Source of the DNA: an uncultured Chloroflexia bacterium
GTDB taxonomy: Bacteria > Chloroflexota > Limnocylindria > QHBO01
NCBI GenBank assembly: GCA_963825525.1
Contig: CAWGTN010000001.1
Location: 32,001-96,000 of the forward strand
Direction of reading: 5' to 3'
Length of the DNA: 64,000 nt
Shown: positions 40,769 to 51,748 of the stretch, piece by piece
Layout of the letters: each line of letters begins with the position of its first letter
Numbering within the stretch: position 1 is the first letter of the stretch
Position numbers and translations under genes: made by a program
Notes under the pieces: generated by a model
The model's database searches: none
Told to the model about the DNA's origin: nothing
What the model saw: only the letters and a program-made list of their open reading frames with translations

Positions 40769-41406
40769 CCCCGCTTCGACTCCGTCAGCCTCTCGCCGGC
40801 GGGAATCCGCACGTTGAGCCAGTTATCGCGCGGAGCCAGCGGACACGACCACTTGGCATCGTGCACGCACGATGGGTGATAGGCGTAGTTGAAGTCGAGG
40901 ACCATCTCGTCGCCGTCGAGCCCCAGGTCGGCGCCCTTGGCGGAATCCCACAGGTAGCGTCCGCCGCCATACGTCTCGCCGCCGCTGGTGCCGTCACGGA
41001 ACGGGATGAAGATCCCGCCGGAGTACTCGTCGAGCCAGAAGACGCTCAGGCGGCAGGGCTCGCCGCCGACCGAGAAGCTCACCCAGCCGATGCGCACGAT
41101 CGGAATCTGCGGCCCATCTCCGGATCTCGGGACATCCAGCGCGGGCGCGTCCGGATCGGGCTCGAATCGTGCCCGGATGTCGAGCTCGGGGTCATATCGG
41201 TAGTAGGCCAGGCCAAGGAAGTTGCGCCGCGCGTCCTCCGGGATGGCAGATGAGGGATGCGTGCCGAAGAGGCGGTCACGGGCGCTTCGGAAGGCCACGG
41301 CGCGCATCGGGCCCCGGCGTGCATCCGCGCGCAGCGTGGCGTAGAGCTCGGCAACCTGCCGGCGCCAATCGGCCAGGGCAAGGTGGGGCGAGGTCGGGTG
41401 GGTCAT
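40765..41406 (-). CDS. DUF1684 domain protein
   Basis: FIPFRDGTSGGETYGGGRYL, LDFNYAYHPSC...WSCPLAP..N.L...IPAGE. Confidence 0.9.
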   Translation of the reverse strand: MTHPTSPHLALADWRRQVAELYATLRADARRGPMRAVAFRSARDRLFGTHPSSAIPEDARRNFLGLAYYRYDPELDIRARFEPDPDAPALDVPRSGDGPQIPIVRIGWVSFSVGGEPCRLSVFWLDEYSGGIFIPFRDGTSGGETYGGGRYLWDSAKGADLGLDGDEMVLDFNYAYHPSCVHDAKWSCPLAPRDNWLNVRIPAGERLTESKRG

Positions 41407-41429
41407 GGGTTCGACCATGATGCACGAGA

Positions 41430-41459
41430 CGGGGCGGACCGGCGAACCGGCCCGCCCCG
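41430..41459 (-). terminator. Hairpin downstream of the osmoprotectant transporter operon
   Basis: GGGGCGGACCGG-CGAA-CCGGCCCGCCCC (UUCG loop on the minus strand). Confidence 0.55.
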
Positions 41460-41485
41460 CGGGTTTGCTGCGACGAATCGGCGGC

Positions 41486-42428
41486 CTAGTTCAGGCCGTT
41501 GTCGCTCAGCCAGGACTCAGCCACGTCCTCGATCGACTCCTGGTCGACCGCGACTCGCACGCCGAGACTGGTGAGGGTCTCGGTGTCCATGGCCGCACTG
41601 ACCTCGTTGAGGATGTCGGCGAAGCCATCGGGCGCGGATGCCAGCCACTCGCTGCTGACGATCGGCGCGATGTTCTCGGACGGCTGCGTCTGCAGGTCGT
41701 CCTCGAGCACCACGAAGTTGAAGCGCTCGATGTCCGGCTGGGTGCTGCACAGCTCGGCGACGTCGACGACGCCGTCATTCAGGGCAGTGGCCACCGGGGC
41801 ATCGCAGGCACCGTAGGGATCGATCTCGAGATCGGCGAATGTGAATCCGTATTCCTCGAGTGCTCCCGAGCACAGGGCGTTGGTCTCGCACTCCGGCGGG
41901 AGGCCCCACACGAGGTCGCCCACGCCGGCCGCCTCGGCCAGCTCGCTCATCGTGCTCACGCCGAGCTCATCGGCGGTCTCCTGGCGGACGACGAAGGCGT
42001 TCTGGTCCTGGGCCGGTGCGTAGTCGAGCGCCGTGAGGCCGACCTCTTCCAGCGCCGTCTGCAGAGCCGCTGCCGTCTCCTCCGGGTCCCCGGACGCCTC
42101 GCCGCCGAGGAAGGTGACCAGGCTGCCGATGTACTCGGGCTGGAGGTCGAACTCGCCGGCCTCGAACGCCGGCTGGACCGTGTCCCGCGGCCCGATGTTC
42201 GAGCTTGCGCTCGACGGTGTAGCCGTTGGCCTCGAGGGCCTGGGCATAGATCTCGGCCATGAGCTGGGCTTCGTAGAAGCCGGCAGAGCCGATCGTGATC
42301 GACGCGCCCTCGCCTCCGGTGGCCGCTGCGCTCGCCGATGACGAGCTGCCGCCCTCACCCGGCGCGCAGGCGCTGAGAACCAGCGCCAGCATTGCCGCCC
42401 CGAGGGCTAGCTTGCGGTGTATCCGCAT
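41486..42428 (-). CDS. Glycine betaine/osmoprotectant ABC substrate-binding lipoprotein (OpuAC/OsmF type); +1 frameshift near 42200
   Basis: Lipobox LSAC, ITIGSAGFYEAQLMAEIYAQALE; then DLQPEYIGS, AQDQNAF, VLEDD in the next frame. Confidence 0.88.
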
Positions 42429-42568
42429 TGTGGGTATCTCCTCTTTGATTCGATCATGGGGTGCCGACAGCCGCACAGGGGGCATCCGGCGTGCCAAAGT
42501 GTAGAACACCCCGTGTGTCAGCCAGATGACGCCCCTCGGTGTACCTACGCCACCGGCAACGGAAAGGG

Positions 42569-43315
42569 TCAGATTGCGGCGGGCCCGGCGATCGGGATCG
42601 CGTCGTCGGCGCCGGTCGACGTGACCCGGAGGCCGGGCGAGGTTGCGCGCCGCTCGATGGCCGTGAAGGTCAGCTCGGTGGCGATCGAGAGGGCGGCAAC
42701 GATCAACGCTCCCGCAAAGACCTCCTGGTCGGCCTTCTGGGCGATGCCATCGATGATGTAGCGACCGAGTCCGCCGGTTGCCACCACGGCCCCGAGGGTC
42801 GCCGTGGCCACCACCTGCACGGCCGCCGTCCGAACCCCGACCAGGATCACCGGCAGACCCACCGGGATCTCGATACGCCACAGGACCTGGCTGTCGCGCA
42901 TCCCCATGCCACGCCCTGCCTCGACCAGCTGGTCATCGACCTCGCTGATGCCGATGAAGGTGTTCGTCAGGATGGGCGGGATGGCGAGCGCGAACAGGGC
43001 GACCATGGTCGCCACCTCGGAAGCGATCGAGCGCAGGCCGATGGACACGATGAAGCCCTGGAGCAGCATGGCCACGAGGGCCAGGATGGCCAGCGACGGG
43101 ATGGCGCGCCCGACGTTGGCCACGTTGATCGCCAGGTTCGCGAAGCGGCCGGTGTGCCCGATCCAGGCGCCGATCGGGAGCGCGACCAGCACGGCGAGCG
43201 CCAGCGGCACGACCGAGAGGACGAGATGCTCGCCGAGTCGGGTCGGGATGCCATCCGAGCCGGACCAGTTGGCCGGGTCAACCAGCCATCGGACAACGTC
43301 GCCGAAGAACTCCAT
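42569..43315 (-). CDS. Osmoprotectant ABC transporter permease
   Basis: GRAIPSLA, PPILTNT, EAGRGMGM, GGLGRYI. Confidence 0.92.
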   Translation of the reverse strand: MEFFGDVVRWLVDPANWSGSDGIPTRLGEHLVLSVVPLALAVLVALPIGAWIGHTGRFANLAINVANVGRAIPSLAILALVAMLLQGFIVSIGLRSIASEVATMVALFALAIPPILTNTFIGISEVDDQLVEAGRGMGMRDSQVLWRIEIPVGLPVILVGVRTAAVQVVATATLGAVVATGGLGRYIIDGIAQKADQEVFAGALIVAALSIATELTFTAIERRATSPGLRVTSTGADDAIPIAGPAAI

Positions 43316-43318
43316 GGA

Positions 43319-43966
43319 TCAGGTCCCGCCGCGTCGACGGGCCCATGGGGTGAGCGCCGTCTGAAGGGTCACGAACCCACGGTCGGCGATGATCGCGAGC
43401 AGGATGGCCCCGACCGAGCCGACCACCGTGGCGGTCAGGAAGAAGCGCCGATAGCCCACGTCCACGATGAGGTAGCCGAGCCCACCGAGGCCGATCAGGG
43501 CGGTCACCGTCACGAGCCCGATGACCGTCACCGTCGCGACTCGCAAGCCGCCGACGATGACCGGCAGGGCCACCGGAAGCTCGACGCGCCACAGGCGCTG
43601 CCACGGGGTGTAGCCGATGCCTCTTGCCGCCTCGATGACGTCGGGCGGCACGCCGTCGAGCCCGGCCAGGATGTTTCGCAGCAGGATGAGAATCGTGTAG
43701 CTCACCAGCGCAATCTCGGCGGTGAGCGGGTTCTGGATGCCGGTGAACGGCACCAGGATCGCAAAGAGGGCGAGGCTCGGGATCGAGTACAGGATTCCGC
43801 TGATGCCGATGACCGGGCCCTGGAGCCAGCGTTGCTGACGGATGATCAGGGCAAGCCCGAAGCTGATGGCGAACCCGATGATCACGGCCACCACGGTCAG
43901 CAGCACGTGTTCGAAGGTCCGGCGTCCGATCTCGTCCAGCTCACGCACGATCCACGCCCAGTCCAT
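43319..43966 (-). CDS. Osmoprotectant ABC transporter permease
   Basis: YSIPSLALF, EAARGIG, ELPVALPVI, GLGGLG. Confidence 0.92.
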   Translation of the reverse strand: MDWAWIVRELDEIGRRTFEHVLLTVVAVIIGFAISFGLALIIRQQRWLQGPVIGISGILYSIPSLALFAILVPFTGIQNPLTAEIALVSYTILILLRNILAGLDGVPPDVIEAARGIGYTPWQRLWRVELPVALPVIVGGLRVATVTVIGLVTVTALIGLGGLGYLIVDVGYRRFFLTATVVGSVGAILLAIIADRGFVTLQTALTPWARRRGGT

Positions 43967-45141
43967 CAGTCGCTCGCCTCACCCACCGGGTACAGCTTTC
44001 CATCCGCGGCCCGGACCGGCGCACGCAGCCGCTCGCCGATGGCGTCCACGCTGACGAGGCCAAGCACGCGGTCGTGGTCGTCCACCACGACGCCGAGCTG
44101 AACGCTGGAGCCGAGCATCGCCGACAGGGCGTCGCGGAGCGTGGACTCAGGCTGCACGGTCGGTGCGCCCGGTGTCGCCGCCTCCGGATTGATGGGTCCG
44201 CTGCCCTCCAGGTCCCCCTGGTCGATCCAGCCGAGCGGCCGGTCCTGATCGTCCACCAGCAGCGCGTAGTCCAGCTCGTCGGATCGGTCGAGGCGGGCTC
44301 GGATCGCGGCGCGGTCCTCGCCGGCCCGGACCGTCACGGCCTCGATGCGGTCGAGATCCCGCACCCGGCCCAACGAAAGCCGCTTGAGCCCGCGGTCGGC
44401 GCCCACGAATCGCTCGACGAACTCGGATGCCGGCCGCGCCAGGATCGCGGCCGGGGTGTCGTACTGGGCCAGGATCCCACCCTTCTGGAGGATCGCGATG
44501 CGGTCCGCCATCTTGATCGCCTCATCGACGTCATGGGTGACGAACACGATCGTCTTGCGCACCTGCTCCTGGAGCCGGAGGAACTCGTTCTGGAGTCGGT
44601 CGCGCCGGATCGGGTCGACCGCGCCGAATGGCTCATCCATGAGCATGACCGGGGGATCGGCGGCCAGGGCGCGCGCCACGCCGACGCGCTGGCGCTCACC
44701 GCCGGACAGCTCGCTCGGATAGCGATCGGCATACGAGCCGGGCTCGAGTCCGACAAGGCTGAGCAGCTCCGCCACGCGGTCACGGATGCGTGACGGCTTC
44801 CACTTCAGGAGCTTCGGCACAACGGCCACGTTGTCGCCGATGGTGAGGTGGGGGAACAGCCCGACCTGCTGGATGACGTAGCCGATGCGCCGCCGCAGCT
44901 CGACGACCGGCAGGCTCATGACGTCCTCGCCGTCGATCGTGATCCGTCCGCCGGTCGGCTCGATGAGGCGGTTCACCATCTTCATGCTCGTCGTCTTGCC
45001 ACATCCCGATGGGCCGACAAGGACGCAGATCTCGCCGGCCGGAATGGTGAGCGACAGATCGTCGACCGCGGGGCTCGTGCTGCCGGGGTAGCGCTTGGTG
45101 ACATGCTCGAAAGCGACGACGGCGCCGATGGCATCCTGCAT
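43966..45141 (-). CDS. Osmoprotectant ABC transporter ATP-binding protein with CBS-like C-terminus
   Basis: GPSGCGKTT, IGYVIQQVGLFPH, LSGGERQRVG, MDEPFGAVD, FVTHD. Confidence 0.93.
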   Translation of the reverse strand: MQDAIGAVVAFEHVTKRYPGSTSPAVDDLSLTIPAGEICVLVGPSGCGKTTSMKMVNRLIEPTGGRITIDGEDVMSLPVVELRRRIGYVIQQVGLFPHLTIGDNVAVVPKLLKWKPSRIRDRVAELLSLVGLEPGSYADRYPSELSGGERQRVGVARALAADPPVMLMDEPFGAVDPIRRDRLQNEFLRLQEQVRKTIVFVTHDVDEAIKMADRIAILQKGGILAQYDTPAAILARPASEFVERFVGADRGLKRLSLGRVRDLDRIEAVTVRAGEDRAAIRARLDRSDELDYALLVDDQDRPLGWIDQGDLEGSGPINPEAATPGAPTVQPESTLRDALSAMLGSSVQLGVVVDDHDRVLGLVSVDAIGERLRAPVRAADGKLYPVGEASD

Positions 45142-45201
45142 CGCGCCATGATAGGTGCCGACGACGGAGGCGACGCATGGTGGGCGATGGAGGTTGATGG
45201 C

Positions 45202-46428
45202 ATGACGGCAGAGGTCGGCACAGCTCCCGCTCAGGCCGCGCCGCGCACATTCGGGACGGGAGCGATTGCGCTCGGTGTCTCGATCGTGGCGGCCGCGCTC
45301 TATTTCATCACGGTCTCCGAGCGGGTCACCCTGGACAGCTTCGTCCCGCTGGCCGACAGCTTCCTCCACGGTCGCCTTCACATCACCGAGCCGATGCCCT
45401 GGCTCGAGCTCGTTCCTCGCGGGGACGGTGGGTGGTTCTCGCCCTTCCCGGCCATGCCCGCGGTAGTCCTGCTTCCGTTCGTCGCGTTGTTCGGGCCGGG
45501 GTTCGACCAGGGGATCGCCACGGCCCTCTTCGGCGGAGCGAACGCTGGCCTGGTGTGGCTGCTGCTGAGACGGATGAACGTGGCCGTGGCACCCGCCGGC
45601 TGGCTCACCGCGGCCTTTGCTCTCGGCAGCGTTCACTGGTGGGCCGCCGGCACGGGGACGGTCTGGCTCCACGCGCAGGTGGTGGCCGTGTTCTTCGCGC
45701 TCCTCGCCCTCAACCTGGCAGTCGCGCGACGATGGCCGCTTGTTGCGGGCCTGCTCCTCGGCTGCGCCGCCGCGTCCCGGTTGCCCATGGGCCTGACGCT
45801 GCCGGTCTACCTGGCGCTGTACCTGGGCATCGGTCGACAGATGGTCGGCGGCGACTCGGCCCGCATCGGTTGGCGCGACGCCGTGGCATTCCTGGGTGGC
45901 CTCGCCGTGCCGGCGCTGGTCGTCGCGTGGTACAACCTCGCGCGCTTCGGGTCGCCGTTCGAGTTCGGCTACGCGCTGATCCCCGGCGTCCTGGATGAGC
46001 CCTGGTACGCCAACGGGCTGCTCTCGATCGACTACGTCCCGCGTCATCTCCACCTGGTGTTCATGCGCGGCTTCGACTACGTGGACCAGGCGCCGTGGTT
46101 CCGTCCGAACTGGAATGGGACGTCGCTGCTGCTCACCACGCCCATCCTCCTCTGGGCGGTGAAGGCCAGGGCCAGCACGCCGATGCTGGTCGCCGCCTGG
46201 ACCGCGGTGGTGCTCGGGCTCGTCCCGGACTTCCTTCACGGAGCTCCGGGCTTCGCCCAGTTCGGGTATCGGTACATCCTCGACGTCCTGCCGGTGATGC
46301 TCCTCCTGCTCGGATGGGCGTTCCGCGACCGCATCTCCGTGCCTGCCCGCGTGGCCATCGCGATCGGCGTCGTGGCCAACGCGTACGGGGTGTGGGCGGT
46401 GACGGTCCTCGGGTTCGTCAGCTACTGA
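45202..46428 (+). CDS. Polytopic membrane protein, GT-C-fold glycosyltransferase-like
   Basis: About 10 TM helices; LADSFLHGRL, YNLARFGSPFEFGY, QFGYRYILD; GGAGG RBS. Confidence 0.6.
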   Translation: MTAEVGTAPAQAAPRTFGTGAIALGVSIVAAALYFITVSERVTLDSFVPLADSFLHGRLHITEPMPWLELVPRGDGGWFSPFPAMPAVVLLPFVALFGPGFDQGIATALFGGANAGLVWLLLRRMNVAVAPAGWLTAAFALGSVHWWAAGTGTVWLHAQVVAVFFALLALNLAVARRWPLVAGLLLGCAAASRLPMGLTLPVYLALYLGIGRQMVGGDSARIGWRDAVAFLGGLAVPALVVAWYNLARFGSPFEFGYALIPGVLDEPWYANGLLSIDYVPRHLHLVFMRGFDYVDQAPWFRPNWNGTSLLLTTPILLWAVKARASTPMLVAAWTAVVLGLVPDFLHGAPGFAQFGYRYILDVLPVMLLLLGWAFRDRISVPARVAIAIGVVANAYGVWAVTVLGFVSY

Positions 46429-47117
46429 TGCGATCCCTTCGCGCCTCGCCACCCATCCCGGAGCTGCTCGGCATCCTCGTGGTGGTCGCGCTCGCAATCG
46501 GCGTGAGCACGAACGCCACCGACCCGTTCGATCGCTGGGTGATCGGCATCGTGCGCAGCGACGCGCTGGCCGGCATCCTGTCGCCGCTGCGCTGGGTGAC
46601 CGAGCTGGGATCCACCGTCGGCATCACCACGGTTGCGATCGTGACCCTCGTGCTGGGCGTGGCCATCGGGCCATGGCGTCACGGGATTGCGGGTGCGGTC
46701 GTCATCGGCCTCGCCTCCATCGGGAACGCCGAGTTCAAGGCGTTCATGGCGCGCGCGCGCCCTGACGTGCTCGAGCCCGTCCTCATCGAGCGGGGATTCA
46801 GCTTCCCGTCGGGGCACTCGTCGCTGTCGATGACCGCCTACGGGATCCTGGGGGTCCTCATCTCGCGTTCGACGCTTCCGGCGCGCGCGCGGCAGGTGAT
46901 CCTGGTGCTCCTCGGCGCGGTGATCCTGCTGGTCGGCCTGTCCCGGGTGTGGCTCGGGGTGCACTACCCGACCGACGTCGTTGCCGGCTGGGCAGCCGGT
47001 ACGGTGATCGTCCTGCTCTACGCCCGATTCACCCGTTCGGTGTCGCTTGCGCCAATCGGGGAAGGGGTTGACGCGGATCCAGAAGCGCCACGATCCGATC
47101 CACCTGCCCCCGGCTGA
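46428..47117 (+). CDS. PAP2 family phosphatase
   Basis: KAFMARARP, SFPSGHS and SRVWLGVHYPTDV catalytic motifs. Confidence 0.92.
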   Translation: MRSLRASPPIPELLGILVVVALAIGVSTNATDPFDRWVIGIVRSDALAGILSPLRWVTELGSTVGITTVAIVTLVLGVAIGPWRHGIAGAVVIGLASIGNAEFKAFMARARPDVLEPVLIERGFSFPSGHSSLSMTAYGILGVLISRSTLPARARQVILVLLGAVILLVGLSRVWLGVHYPTDVVAGWAAGTVIVLLYARFTRSVSLAPIGEGVDADPEAPRSDPPAPG

Positions 47118-47595
47118 GGCGTGCGTCGCTCGAGACGATGCCGGCTATCCGGTCGAAGGACGACTCGACCACGAGGCCTATCGGCTCGCCGGGCTGCGCC
47201 ACGACGTCCATGTCGTTGGGTGGCGCAAGGATCGGGTCGACCGCCGCCGGCAATCCGGCGCGTTCGAGGTACAGGCTCAGGCGGCGGCCGGCGAGGCGAC
47301 CGGCGGTGATGGGTGCGGCGTCCCATGGCACCCAGGACTCGGTGGCGCGGTTCCACCCATACCAGTGCCCGTTGCGGCGGGTGAACTGTCCGCGGGTCCC
47401 TGCGGTCGTGATGGTCCACGTGCCGCCCGGTCCGACCACGATGCCATCGATCGGCTCGATGCCGCCGGGACCGAGGGAGCGGAACCAGTGGTAATCGTCG
47501 TCCAGGCGACGGCCGAGCGTGGCTGCGGCACGGTCGTTCGCGCCCATCCCAAGGATGCCCAGGCGCCGCGAACGCGAAGCCGGGTGGAGGATCAT
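47029..47595 (-). CDS. NERD-like protein with degenerate nuclease motif
   Basis: LDDDYHWF..., IDGIVVGPGGTWTI (compare IDHxVVGPxGVFVIETK); GAGAGGAGG RBS. Confidence 0.55.
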   Translation of the reverse strand: MILHPASRSRRLGILGMGANDRAAATLGRRLDDDYHWFRSLGPGGIEPIDGIVVGPGGTWTITTAGTRGQFTRRNGHWYGWNRATESWVPWDAAPITAGRLAGRRLSLYLERAGLPAAVDPILAPPNDMDVVAQPGEPIGLVVESSFDRIAGIVSSDARLSRGQVDRIVALLDPRQPLPRLAQATPNG

Positions 47596-47705
47596 GGCAG
47601 CGTCCAACCTCCTCTCGTGCGGGCATCGGATGGGCACGGTCGAGTGTACCGCGAGGCCCGGCGAAGCGACAGGGGGTGCGCCGCGGACACCGTATGATTC
47701 AGCTC

Positions 47706-48279
47706 ATGGCTGATTCGCACGCCTCGCTTGAGGAGGCCGTCCACACGCTGCTCGTCGAGATCGGGGAGGACCCGACCCGGGAGGGACTCGAACGCACGCC
47801 GGCGCGTGTTCGACGCATGTATGACGAGCTGACGGCGGGGTATCACGTCGACCCTGACGCGTTGATCAATGGCGCGCGTTTCACCGTCGACTATGACGAG
47901 ATGGTCGTGGTTCGCGACATCGAGTTCTTCAGCGCTGTGTGAACACCACCTGCTGCCGTTCATCGGGAAGGCGCACGTCGGGTACCTGCCGAAGGGCCAG
48001 GTCATCGGCCTGTCGAAGATCCCGCGCGTCGTCGACATGTACGCCAAGCGACTGCAGGTGCAGGAGCGACTGACGGTGCAGATCGCCGATTTCCTCATGG
48101 AGCGGCTGGAGCCCAAGGGCGTGGCGTGCGTGATCGAGGCGACCCATCTGTGCACGATGATGCGCGGCGTGAAGAAACAGGAGGCGACGATGGTCACTTC
48201 CAGCATGGTCGGAACGTTCCGTCGCGACGCCAGGACCCGGGCCGAGTTCATGGGGCTCATCGGCAAGGGCGGGGCCTGA
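47706..48279 (+). CDS. folE: GTP cyclohydrolase I; +1 frameshift near 47933
   Basis: [28 protein letters not shown], (S)[34 protein letters not shown]. Confidence 0.93.
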
Positions 48280-48282
48280 GCC

Positions 48283-48591
48283 GTGCCGTACGCAGACCCG
48301 CTGACCGATGCCGAGCTGGCGGCCGCCCTCGCGACATTGCCGGACTGGGAACGAGACGGGGCCTCGATCCGGCGCGCCATCCGGTGCGAGGGGTTCACGC
48401 AGGCCGTCGCCCTCGTCAACGCGGTGGCCGAGGCGGCCGAGCAGGCCGGCCACCACCCGGATATCGCGATCACGCGCTACCGGAACGTCACGTTCACCCT
48501 GACGACCCACGCGGCCGGCGCAGTCACCCGACGCGACGTCGAGCTGGCCGCCGAGATCGACCGGCTCGCCGGTAGAATCGGCCCGGCATGA
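48283..48591 (+). CDS. Pterin-4-alpha-carbinolamine dehydratase
   Basis: [24 protein letters not shown]. Confidence 0.9.
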   Translation: MPYADPLTDAELAAALATLPDWERDGASIRRAIRCEGFTQAVALVNAVAEAAEQAGHHPDIAITRYRNVTFTLTTHAAGAVTRRDVELAAEIDRLAGRIGPA

Positions 48592-48992
48592 CCGACACGC
48601 CGATCCGGATCCTCATTGCCAAGCCCGGTCTCGATGGCCACGATCGGGGGGCCAAGGTCCTCGCACGCGGCCTTCGCGACGAGGGCTTCGAGGTCATCTA
48701 CACCGGCCTGCGCCAGACACCGGAGATGATCGCGGATGCGGCGGAGCAGGAGGATGTCGACGTCGTCGGGCTCTCGATCCTGTCCGGCGCCCACATGGCC
48801 CTCCTGCCGCGCACCGTGGAGCTGCTCCGTGAGCGCGGGATGGACGAAGTCCTGGTGGCGGCCGGCGGCATCATCCCCGACGCGGACGTGACGAAGCTCA
48901 AAGCGGCAGGCGTGGCGGAGATCTTCGGGCCAGGAACCTCCATCGGACAGATCGCCCGGTACTTCCGCGAGCACGTCCGCCGCGAGGCGTGA
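48588..48992 (+). CDS. Acyl-CoA mutase small, cobalamin-binding subunit
   Basis: [13 protein letters not shown] (DxHxxG), [20 protein letters not shown]. Confidence 0.93.
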   Translation: MTDTPIRILIAKPGLDGHDRGAKVLARGLRDEGFEVIYTGLRQTPEMIADAAEQEDVDVVGLSILSGAHMALLPRTVELLRERGMDEVLVAAGGIIPDADVTKLKAAGVAEIFGPGTSIGQIARYFREHVRREA

Positions 48993-49906
48993 GCGAGCTG
49001 GTCTCCGAGCTGGCGTCGGGAGGCCGGCGCCCGCTGGCACGTTTGCTGACCCGGATCGAGAACGGCGACCCCGAGGTCCGTCCACTGCTGCCGGAGCTGT
49101 TCGCCGCGGGAGGTGGGGCGCACGTCATCGGCATCACCGGGCCGCCGGGAAGCGGCAAGTCCACCCTCGTCAACGCGCTGATCGGCGAATGGCGGCGCCG
49201 GGGCCGCCGGGTCGGGATCTTGGCGGTCGATCCCTCCTCGCCATACACGCGCGGCGCCATCCTGGGAGATCGAATCCGGATGATGGAGCACGCGGCCGAC
49301 CGCGACGTCTTCATGCGCTCCATGGCCGCACGCGGTGAGCTGGGCGGCCTGGCGGCAACCACCTGGATCGCCGCTGCGGCCCTGGATGCTGCGGGCTATG
49401 ACCCGGTCCTGATCGAGACGGTGGGTGCCGGGCAGTCCGAGGTGGAAGTCGCTCGTCTCGCCGAGACGACCGTCGTGGTCGAAGTGCCCGAGATGGGGGA
49501 CGAGGTCCAGGCCATCAAGGCGGGCCTGCTCGAGGTGGCCGACATCGTGGCCGTGAACAAGGGCGATCGTCCCGGCGCGGACCGTGCCGCTCGCCAGCTG
49601 CGAGCCATGATGTCAACCGCCGGCGGCCGGGTGGCACGCACGCCACCGGTGATCATGGTGACGACGGCCACGACCGGGGCGGGCGTCTCGGAGCTCGCCG
49701 ATGCCATCGAGGCGCATCGCACGAGTGCTCGGTCACCGGTGGCCGCCCGCGGTCGCGCGGCCAGCCAGGTCCGACGTGCTCTCGCCGACCTCGCGGCGCG
49801 CCGTGCGGAGGCGAGTCCGGCCTGGGAGGCGACCGTCCAGGCCGTGGCGGATCGCGAGCTCGACCCGCTGACTGCTGCCGAGCGCCTGCTCAACGGCGTA
49901 CCCTGA
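48989..49906 (+). CDS. meaB: Mutase-associated GTPase chaperone MeaB/ArgK
   Basis: [40 protein letters not shown]. Confidence 0.93.
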   Translation: MSELVSELASGGRRPLARLLTRIENGDPEVRPLLPELFAAGGGAHVIGITGPPGSGKSTLVNALIGEWRRRGRRVGILAVDPSSPYTRGAILGDRIRMMEHAADRDVFMRSMAARGELGGLAATTWIAAAALDAAGYDPVLIETVGAGQSEVEVARLAETTVVVEVPEMGDEVQAIKAGLLEVADIVAVNKGDRPGADRAARQLRAMMSTAGGRVARTPPVIMVTTATTGAGVSELADAIEAHRTSARSPVAARGRAASQVRRALADLAARRAEASPAWEATVQAVADRELDPLTAAERLLNGVP

Positions 49907-49910
49907 CCCG

Positions 49911-50834
49911 ATGGACTCACTGCTGCGAGACAACACGCCCGGACCGACGGTCCCGGTGGCACCGATCATCCTCGAAGCGCGTGCGGCACTGGCCGCCGCC
50001 ACGCCCGTCCTTCTCGGCGTGGCCGACGGTGAACCGCTCGAGCGCCGCTGGCCCTGGCGCGGCGACGATCACGGCTCGACCGATGTCCGCTACGGCTTCT
50101 ATCGATGTGCCGAGGCGCTGGATCGGGCGGGGATCGACGCCGAAGCAGCATTGGATGCCGCTGGAGTCGTGCGTCCGGCGTCCTCGAGGATCCTGGCTCG
50201 AGCCACCGTCGCTCGCTGGGAGCTGCACGGCGCGCTCGCGCCGCTGACCGATGACGACCTCGACCGCGACCCGGGGAACGGCGAGTGGACCCTCCGTCAG
50301 ACCCTCGCGCATCTCATCAACGTCCAGCGCGCGTACGCCAGCTACACGGCCTGGTGGCTCGGCCGGCGACACGACCCGGATTTCCCGGCAGAGGTGCCGG
50401 ACGGGATCGGCCCCGACTTCCCCGAAGAGGCGAGCGACGGTGAGGGGACGCTTGCCGCCATTCGTGCCCGCCTCGACGAGGCGATGGATGTCGCGGGCGG
50501 GCGACTCGGAGCCCTTGCCGACGAAGAGCTGCGGGCCAACGCCCGATGGTCGGGGTTCGGCGTCGACGTCGGGTTCCGACTCGGTCGCTGGGCATCGCAC
50601 CTTCGGGAGCACACCATCCAGGTCGACAAGACGCTCGTCATGCTCGACCGCCCGATCCGCGAGGTCGAACGCCTCGTGCGGCACATCCACGCCGCACACG
50701 GTCGCATGGAATCCGTCGTCTTCGCCCTGCTGCCCGAGGCCGTGGAGCCGGCCGGACCGCCCATCGCGGCCGCGGCGCGCGAGTTGACCGAGGCCGCCGG
50801 CGGGGCGAGATCGGCGGCGTCCAGGGGCGGCTGA
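49911..50834 (+). CDS. DinB family protein
   Basis: GEWTLRQTLAHL and WASHLREHTIQ DinB His motifs. Confidence 0.8.
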   Translation: MDSLLRDNTPGPTVPVAPIILEARAALAAATPVLLGVADGEPLERRWPWRGDDHGSTDVRYGFYRCAEALDRAGIDAEAALDAAGVVRPASSRILARATVARWELHGALAPLTDDDLDRDPGNGEWTLRQTLAHLINVQRAYASYTAWWLGRRHDPDFPAEVPDGIGPDFPEEASDGEGTLAAIRARLDEAMDVAGGRLGALADEELRANARWSGFGVDVGFRLGRWASHLREHTIQVDKTLVMLDRPIREVERLVRHIHAAHGRMESVVFALLPEAVEPAGPPIAAAARELTEAAGGARSAASRGG

Positions 50835-50875
50835 TGCAATCGAATCCAAACCCGCGCTGGTAGGCTCTCGTATCC

Positions 50876-51748
50876 ATGAACATTGAACGCATCTACGTCA
50901 TCGGCGCCGGGCTGATGGGTCACGGCATCGCGCAGGTCAGTGCCGCCGCGGGCAAGCAGGTCACCCTGGCGGACCGCACCGGCGAGCTGGCCGACAAGGG
51001 GAAGGATCGGATCGCAGCCAACCTGGCACGGCAGGTCGACAAGGGGAAGCTGGAGCGGTCAGCCGCCGACGAGATCCTGTCGCGGGTGACCAGTGCCGAG
51101 GGGACGGAGGGTGCCGCCGGCCACGGGATCGTGATCGAGGCCGTCTTCGAGGACGAGGCGGTGAAGCGACAGACCTGGGAAGGCCTCACCCGCAGCGCCG
51201 ATGCCGACGCGATCTTCGCCAGCAACACGAGCAGCATCAGCATCACCGGGCTCGCCACGGCGACCGATCGGGCGGCGAAGTTCATCGGCCTCCACTTCTT
51301 CAGCCCGGTGCCGGTGATGGGCCTGATCGAGATCATCCGCGGCCTCGAGACCGACGACGCGACCTACGCGGCGTGCAAGGCGTTCGCGGAAGAGCTCGGC
51401 AAGACGGTGATCGAGTCGAAGGATTACCCGGGCTTCCTCGTCAACCGCATGCTGGGCCCGTTCATCAACGAGGCGGTGTTCGCGCTGATGGAATCAACCG
51501 GCAGCGCCGAGGACATCGACACCGGTGCGAAGCTGGGGCTCAACCACCCGATGGGACCGCTCGAGCTGAGCGATTTCATCGGCAACGATGTGATGCTGAA
51601 CGTGATGGACGTCCTGTACCGGGGCTTCGGAGATCCCAAGTTCCGCGCCGCACCGCTCCTGCGCCAGATGGTCACGGCCGGACACCTCGGCCGAAAGACC
51701 GGTCGCGGGTTCTACCAGTACGACGAATCGGGCAAGAGGGCACGCTGA
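50876..51748 (+). CDS. 3-hydroxybutyryl-CoA dehydrogenase
   Basis: VIGAGLMGHGIAQ, IEAVFE, ASNTSSISI, GLHFFSPVP, HPMGPL, GRKTGRGFY. Confidence 0.93.
   Translation: MNIERIYVIGAGLMGHGIAQVSAAAGKQVTLADRTGELADKGKDRIAANLARQVDKGKLERSAADEILSRVTSAEGTEGAAGHGIVIEAVFEDEAVKRQTWEGLTRSADADAIFASNTSSISITGLATATDRAAKFIGLHFFSPVPVMGLIEIIRGLETDDATYAACKAFAEELGKTVIESKDYPGFLVNRMLGPFINEAVFALMESTGSAEDIDTGAKLGLNHPMGPLELSDFIGNDVMLNVMDVLYRGFGDPKFRAAPLLRQMVTAGHLGRKTGRGFYQYDESGKRAR

Noticed and set aside
47925-47945. Programmed frameshifting or phase variation in folE and the other split genes
   Set aside because: No slippery heptamers or homopolymer tracts; consensus error is the simpler explanation.
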